A DNA stretch of 64,000 nucleotides, taken from NCBI RefSeq assembly GCF_040395035.1, contig NZ_JBEBRB010000001.1, forward strand, positions 81,579 to 145,578, given 5' to 3'. The stretch's first letter is position 1. Each line of letters opens with the position of its first letter. The translations under genes were made by a program, and so were the position numbers. Below, one piece after another: positions 59,502 through 64,000 of this stretch. This stretch comes from Parapedobacter lycopersici (GTDB taxonomy: Bacteria > Bacteroidota > Bacteroidia > Sphingobacteriales > Sphingobacteriaceae). The notes under the pieces are model-generated. The model was not told the origin of the DNA and did not search any database. It worked only from the letters and a program-made list of their open reading frames with translations.

Positions 59502-60628
59502 TCGGTAAAAAACAGTTCCGAAGCGATGTGGTCGGCCAGCAGTTTTCCACTCCTGGTCAGTGTAGCCACCTCCTCCCTTACCAGGATATCCCCAGACTGC
59601 AGGAATGCCTGTAATGCTGCCGCGAGGACGAGCCGGCGCTCCCGGCCGAATTCAGTTTCAACAATCCGCAGATCAAGTCCCCAGACCGTCCGCAATGATG
59701 TCATAATGTACTCGTTCAATCGATCCCGGCTCGTCAGGAATTCACGTTCCCCGGGCAGTTTATTGTCCTGCAACGCCCGGAGGTATTTCACATTATTGCT
59801 TACATTCCATTGCCGCGTACCGCCATCAAAGGAATGGGCGGAGGGACCGACACCGAGGTAGGAAACACCCCTCCAATAGTTGCTGTTGTGCCTTGCGTAG
59901 CGCCCTTCCCGGGCGAAATTCGATATTTCGTATTGGATATACCCGGCCTGGTCCAGCGCATCCATCAGGTATTCAAATTGCACCGCACTTTGCTGCTCGT
60001 CCATCGGCCGCTGCTTCCCTTTCCGGATCAGGGCCGCCAACGCGGTCTGCGGTTCCACAGTCATGCTGTATGCAGAAATGTGCGGCACATTAAATGCAAG
60101 CATTTTTGCCACGTTCCGCTGCCACTTCTCGTTGGTGAGCAATGGATAACCATAAATCAGGTCGGCCGTGATATTGTCAAAACCGGCATCCTGAAGCCGT
60201 TTTATCGCAGTTTCGGCGTCCGCAGCCCCGTGTGCGCGGTTCATCCAGCGCAGGTCCTCCTCAAAAAATGACTGAATGCCAACGCTCAGGCGATTCACCG
60301 GTGTATCGCGAAGCCCGGCAATGAAACCGGCATGCAAATCATCCGGATTGGCCTCCAGTGTGATTTCGGCGCCCGATGACACCGGAAATAGATCCGTCAC
60401 GGTTCCAAGCAGTCGCCGTATTTCATCCGGCGCGAGCAGTGAAGGGGTGCCCCCGCCGAAATAAATGGTTTCGACGGGCTCATTGCCCAGGTATGCCTTC
60501 CGCAGGTTCAATTCGCGCTGCATGGCGTCGATCATTTCATCGCGGTATTTCAGCGAAGTGCTGAAATGAAAATCGCAGTAATGACACGCCTGCTTACAAA
60601 AAGGAATATGAAAATAAATACCCGCCAT
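59498..60628 (-). CDS. hemW: Radical SAM heme chaperone HemW
   Basis: YFHIPFCKQACHYCDF (CX3CX2C), YFGGGTPS, YEISNF, HNSNYW. Confidence 0.93.
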   Translation of the reverse strand: MAGIYFHIPFCKQACHYCDFHFSTSLKYRDEMIDAMQRELNLRKAYLGNEPVETIYFGGGTPSLLAPDEIRRLLGTVTDLFPVSSGAEITLEANPDDLHAGFIAGLRDTPVNRLSVGIQSFFEEDLRWMNRAHGAADAETAIKRLQDAGFDNITADLIYGYPLLTNEKWQRNVAKMLAFNVPHISAYSMTVEPQTALAALIRKGKQRPMDEQQSAVQFEYLMDALDQAGYIQYEISNFAREGRYARHNSNYWRGVSYLGVGPSAHSFDGGTRQWNVSNNVKYLRALQDNKLPGEREFLTSRDRLNEYIMTSLRTVWGLDLRIVETEFGRERRLVLAAALQAFLQSGDILVREEVATLTRSGKLLADHIASELFFTD

Positions 60629-60884
60629 TTTTGATCCAACGATAAATGATATAAATAACGGAAGACAATTACATCATCTTCGTTAATAATCTTATTGAAG
60701 TGATTTAAACTTTTTTGATGCAAGACAAGCGGTCCAAAAGCTATAATTTAAAATTATCACACTACAAAATTACGGTCAAATGAACTGCAAGTACGCGAAA
60801 CTACTGTAATCGTCAGCAAAAGTGGACATATTTATCGCTATCTAAGAGCAGATTTCGTTAATAAAGTTACTGATTCCTGCGTTG

Positions 60885-60991
60885 GATCGTTGGGTTTTCG
60901 TTGTTTGAATATTTGATACCTTCATTTATTTAAACGCTTAGGTTCTTGAATTTCCCCATTTCCAAACGACTAAATTTGCCTGCCGTTATGT
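60885..60991 (-). repeat. Truncated attC-like hairpin remnant downstream of the low-GC cassette
   Basis: Minus strand starts ACATAAC (60991-60985); inner arms 60962-60969 / 60887-60894 pair 7 of 8; distal GTTA end not found. Confidence 0.4.
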
Positions 60992-61095
60992 TCAAGTAAA
61001 ACAATGATGATCTAATTTTAGTAACAGTTGCCGTGCATCTTGCAGTTAATGTGTCGCTTGTGCTTTTTCAATCCGAGCTAACTAGATTGATTATT

Positions 61096-61557
61096 TTAAT
61101 ACGCTCCTTTTATGACAAAAAATGACCCTCTAATGGTTCCCGCCAACTTAGATTTTTGGCGAGCAAATTTGAATTTGCTCAATTCCTCCGGCACTTCCAT
61201 TCCTTCGGAAAGTTTAAATCCTACAGCCCTTTTTTTCGGATTGTCAAGTGGGTATAAAACATTAATTCCAAGGCCGCTTTCGTAAAAAACGAACACCCAT
61301 TTTATATTTTCAACCTGCAATGTTGCTGTTTCCAAGGGTTTCGATGCGATCACTATACCGCGCTCTTCCTTTAATATTTTATGAACCCACGCGATTGTTT
61401 CAATGCTTTCATCGGCTGGCGTAACACTAAATTCCGTGTTGTATTTATTCATAAAATATCGTGCTTCATTTGCACGTAAACCAGCAAGCGCTGCTGCAAC
61501 AGGAGATGACGCTAAGCCTGTTATGGACACATTTTTAAAATCTATCGTTGTTGTCAT
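61096..61557 (-). CDS. Conserved-looking hypothetical protein
   Basis: 153-aa ORF (ALAGLRANEARYFMNKY, KRAVGFKLSEGM, GTIRGSFF), 3 nt after the DoxX stop; no function recognised. Confidence 0.75.
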   Translation of the reverse strand: MTTTIDFKNVSITGLASSPVAAALAGLRANEARYFMNKYNTEFSVTPADESIETIAWVHKILKEERGIVIASKPLETATLQVENIKWVFVFYESGLGINVLYPLDNPKKRAVGFKLSEGMEVPEELSKFKFARQKSKLAGTIRGSFFVIKGAY

Positions 61558-61560
61558 ATT

Positions 61561-61962
61561 TTATAATTTATTTGTTATTAGGATGATTTTTCTGTCCGAA
61601 GGTCTGAAATACCAGGAAATTGCAATCAGCACAAGGTAAAGTAAAGAAGGCAATATCAAATTGAAAGTATCGCCCGATGCAATGTGTGAATATAAGGCCC
61701 CGGTTACGGTGAAGAAGATACCCGCATAAGCCCATTCTTTCAGCAATGGAAATTTTGGAATAAGAAATGCAATCACACCCAGTATTTTCCATATTCCGAG
61801 TAGTGTAAGAATGTAAGCGGGATAACCTAAATGTGTTAGGTTTTCTTCGGTACCCGGCCCGTCAGCCTGTATCCTAAATAGCTGAATAATGGCGGTAGAT
61901 ACCATACCCAGACATAACCACACGGTTGCTATCCAATAAATTATTTTATCTCTTTTTTTCAT
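61561..61962 (-). CDS. DoxX-like family membrane protein (paralog of 29450-29827)
   Basis: KIIYWIAT, LGYPAY, LKEWAYAG. Confidence 0.88.
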   Translation of the reverse strand: MKKRDKIIYWIATVWLCLGMVSTAIIQLFRIQADGPGTEENLTHLGYPAYILTLLGIWKILGVIAFLIPKFPLLKEWAYAGIFFTVTGALYSHIASGDTFNLILPSLLYLVLIAISWYFRPSDRKIILITNKL

Positions 61963-61968
61963 GCTTTG

Positions 61969-62433
61969 CTATTTTAATCTGTTTACTATTTCTTGTAGTT
62001 TATTGTGAGCCATATTAAGTCCATACGCAAATGGAAGTTTTAATTGTTCTGCTCTATGTTGCTCCGACCTGTAAATGATTTGTATTGTCAATTTGCTTGT
62101 ATCATCTGTCAGTTTTTCAAATTCCAAAAATTCAAGTTGAGCGCCTATAGACATATTTTCCATTTCAAATGTCCGTATGATCTTCTGGTTTGACACAAAT
62201 TCGTGTATTGTCCCGTTTGCACGGAAAACAACAGTTCCGTTGTGCGACGTTTCAAAAGCATAAGAACCGTGTTTTTTGTTGTCTAATTTCAACACTTTTG
62301 CTCCCATCCATTGTTCAACAAGTTCTGGTTCTTCATAAGCTTTAAAAAGCAATTCCAAGGGCAAATCAAATTCTCGTACAATCGTTAATTCCTGTTTGCC
62401 TTCTTCAGCTACAATTTTGGTTTTTTGCTCCAT
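61969..62433 (-). CDS. SRPBCC / AHSA1-like (CalC-type) protein
   Basis: ELTIVREFDLPLELLFKAY..PELVEQW, IIRTFEME; standard partner of ArsR. Confidence 0.88.
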   Translation of the reverse strand: MEQKTKIVAEEGKQELTIVREFDLPLELLFKAYEEPELVEQWMGAKVLKLDNKKHGSYAFETSHNGTVVFRANGTIHEFVSNQKIIRTFEMENMSIGAQLEFLEFEKLTDDTSKLTIQIIYRSEQHRAEQLKLPFAYGLNMAHNKLQEIVNRLK

Positions 62434-62434
62434 T

Positions 62435-62758
62435 TCATTTTTTGTTTTTATAATGCTTCATTAGGGATTCTAATTTATTGAACCTGTCGTCCCACATTTT
62501 GCGGAAAGGCGCTAAAAAATCGTCCACGGCTTTCATTTTTTCGGGATTAAGTTGATAATGAATTTCCCTCCCATTTTGTTCTTGTTTGAGCAAATCACAT
62601 TCAGTTAATATTTTAATGTGGTTAGAAATCGTGGGTCGCGAATAATCAAAATTAGCAGCGATAGCGCCTGCCGGCATTGCCTGAGTAGCAAGCAACAATA
62701 AAATTGCCCGCCTTGTGGGGTCGGAAATTGCTTGAAATACGTCTCTTCTTGTTTTCAT
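62435..62758 (-). CDS. ArsR/SmtB-family transcriptional regulator
   Basis: [35 protein letters not shown]. Confidence 0.93.
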   Translation of the reverse strand: MKTRRDVFQAISDPTRRAILLLLATQAMPAGAIAANFDYSRPTISNHIKILTECDLLKQEQNGREIHYQLNPEKMKAVDDFLAPFRKMWDDRFNKLESLMKHYKNKK

Positions 62759-62761
62759 ATT

Positions 62762-62803
62762 GAAGTCATTTGGCTACAAATGTAAGCGTAGTCATTTAAC
62801 TAC
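62762..62803. promoter_or_regulatory. ArsR-type operator (two 16-bp boxes, 26-bp period) overlapping -7 element
   Basis: Minus strand GTAGTTAAATGACTAC (62803-62788) and GTAGCCAAATGACTTC (62777-62762), with TAcaTTTG between them. Confidence 0.65.
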
Positions 62804-62889
62804 ACAAGTTTTTGTTCATTTTTTTCAGTTAGCATTTTGTAGAAATGGTTTTGATGGGGCTTTGTCGTGGTTTAATGTCTATTAGCCCT

Positions 62890-63021
62890 GCCTATAACGG
62901 CTCAAGTCTTTGCGTTCCGACGGGTTGGAGTACAAAGTTTCAATGTATTGCTAAAGTTTAATAGAAGCACGAAGTCAAGTTTGCATGTCAGTCCGTCTGA
63001 CTCAAAACCCGTGTCAGTGGC
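62890..63021 (-). repeat. 132-bp attC-like imperfect hairpin upstream of the low-GC cassette
   Basis: Minus strand GCCACTGAC...GTTATAGGC ends; inner arms tttgagtcagacgg / ccgtcggaacgcaaa pair 12 of 14 with one extrahelical A. Confidence 0.6.
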
Positions 63022-63179
63022 CCTGGTTATCAGTATCGTTTTAAATGTCGGCCATTATTCAGTGCCAAAGCTAACCTGGAGATCAGAATTAACTTGTTCC
63101 GCAGGAAGCTTTCATTTTTTTATGTTTCTTTGCGCAAGAAACATAGCCGGATGATCGCTCCTGCTAAACTGATTCCAAT

Positions 63180-64000
63180 ATGGCACACAGCAACAAGTCC
63201 TCCGTTTTTCTTTACCTGGGTTTATTATTTAGCGCCTGTCAATTGACAGAAAATGCAAAACAGGAGGGCACCGGGGGATCAATTCCACCTACCGCCGAAG
63301 CAACGGAACAGCCGGCAATGCCGGCAGCGGAACCTTCTTCCGACGGCAGGGTTGATTCCGCCGTCTACTGGGCGGGGTTGCATGCACTGGCTCATGGCGA
63401 TACCACCGGAAGGTGGCCCGTAGCGGACCAGCCGATTCCGCTTAAAGGGGCTGTATTGCCCGGCAAACGGATCATCGCCTATTATGGAAACCTATATTCC
63501 CGTCAGATGGGTATTCTTGGTGAACTGCCCCCTGTGCAAATGCTGGATAAACTGGATGCCGAAGTGGCTGCCTGGAATGCAGCGGATACGGGTATTCCGG
63601 CAGTTCCCGCACTCCATTACATTGCCGTCACCGCACAGGGCAGTCCCGGACGGGACGGCAAACACCGGCTGCGCATGCCATTCAGCCAGATCGATTCCGT
63701 GCTTCGCATTGCCAAAAAAAGAGATGCGCTGGTCTTTCTGGACATCCAGGTCGGCTTCAGCACGCTGGAAGACGAGATCCCGCGCCTCGACACCTTTCTG
63801 CGTATGCCGCACGTGCACCTGGGTATTGACCCTGAATTTTCCATGAAAGAAGACCTACCCCCGGGCAAACGGATTGGCTCATTTACCGCTAAGGACATCA
63901 ATTTTGCCGCCGCGCATCTTGCCAAACTGGTCCGCAACAATAACCTCCCTCCCAAGGTCCTTGTGGTGCATCGCTTTACCCAGGGTATGATTAAGGATTA
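63180..64000 (+). CDS. Lipoprotein of unknown function, 3' truncated by window edge (not in ORF track)
   Basis: Manual translation MAHSNKSSVFLYLGLLFSAC...IIAYYGN...HLGIDPEFSMK...VLVVHRFT, open to the end of the window. Confidence 0.8.
   Translation, partial: MAHSNKSSVFLYLGLLFSACQLTENAKQEGTGGSIPPTAEATEQPAMPAAEPSSDGRVDSAVYWAGLHALAHGDTTGRWPVADQPIPLKGAVLPGKRIIAYYGNLYSRQMGILGELPPVQMLDKLDAEVAAWNAADTGIPAVPALHYIAVTAQGSPGRDGKHRLRMPFSQIDSVLRIAKKRDALVFLDIQVGFSTLEDEIPRLDTFLRMPHVHLGIDPEFSMKEDLPPGKRIGSFTAKDINFAAAHLAKLVRNNNLPPKVLVVHRFTQGMIKD

Noticed and set aside
1-64000. CRISPR array, rRNA, IS/transposase, prophage or defence genes
   Set aside because: No regularly spaced direct repeats, rRNA-like segments, or transposase, integrase, phage or defence motifs were recognised.

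Overview
64-kb window of a Bacteroidota chromosome, most consistent with Sphingobacteriaceae (SprA, GldB, BshA, TAnnTTTG -7 promoter elements; taxon is an inference, no database search was run). 1-28.2 kb is mostly housekeeping and envelope genes (sprA 3' part, panD, a CxxC-plug TonB receptor plus thioredoxin, two FKBP lipoproteins, gldB, nadE, bshA, pyrH, frr, ald, ribH, ytxJ, dapD, folP, metG) ending at tRNA-Glu(TTC). From the tRNA to mfd (28.3-49.9 kb) lies an accessory-looking stretch: a decayed ArsR/SRPBCC-DoxX-DUF4256 cassette, rpiB-gnd-zwf-pgl, a PQQ/cytochrome c dehydrogenase with a Tat-signal sugar-acid dehydratase, kdgK-eda, and an Rrf2-led operon with a divergent cbb3-like oxidase (long CcoN, diheme CcoO, no CcoP/Q), truncated haemoglobin, Ric and hemerythrin. 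49.9-60.6 kb holds mfd, nucleotide-sugar genes, waaA and hemW. At 61-62.8 kb a low-GC ArsR-SRPBCC-DoxX-hypothetical block is bracketed by attC-like TAAC...GTTA hairpins, with no integrase in the window. The two best candidates for an undescribed system are the Rrf2-controlled cbb3-like/NO-defence module and the attC-like cassette. No CRISPR array, rRNA, transposase or integrase was seen.
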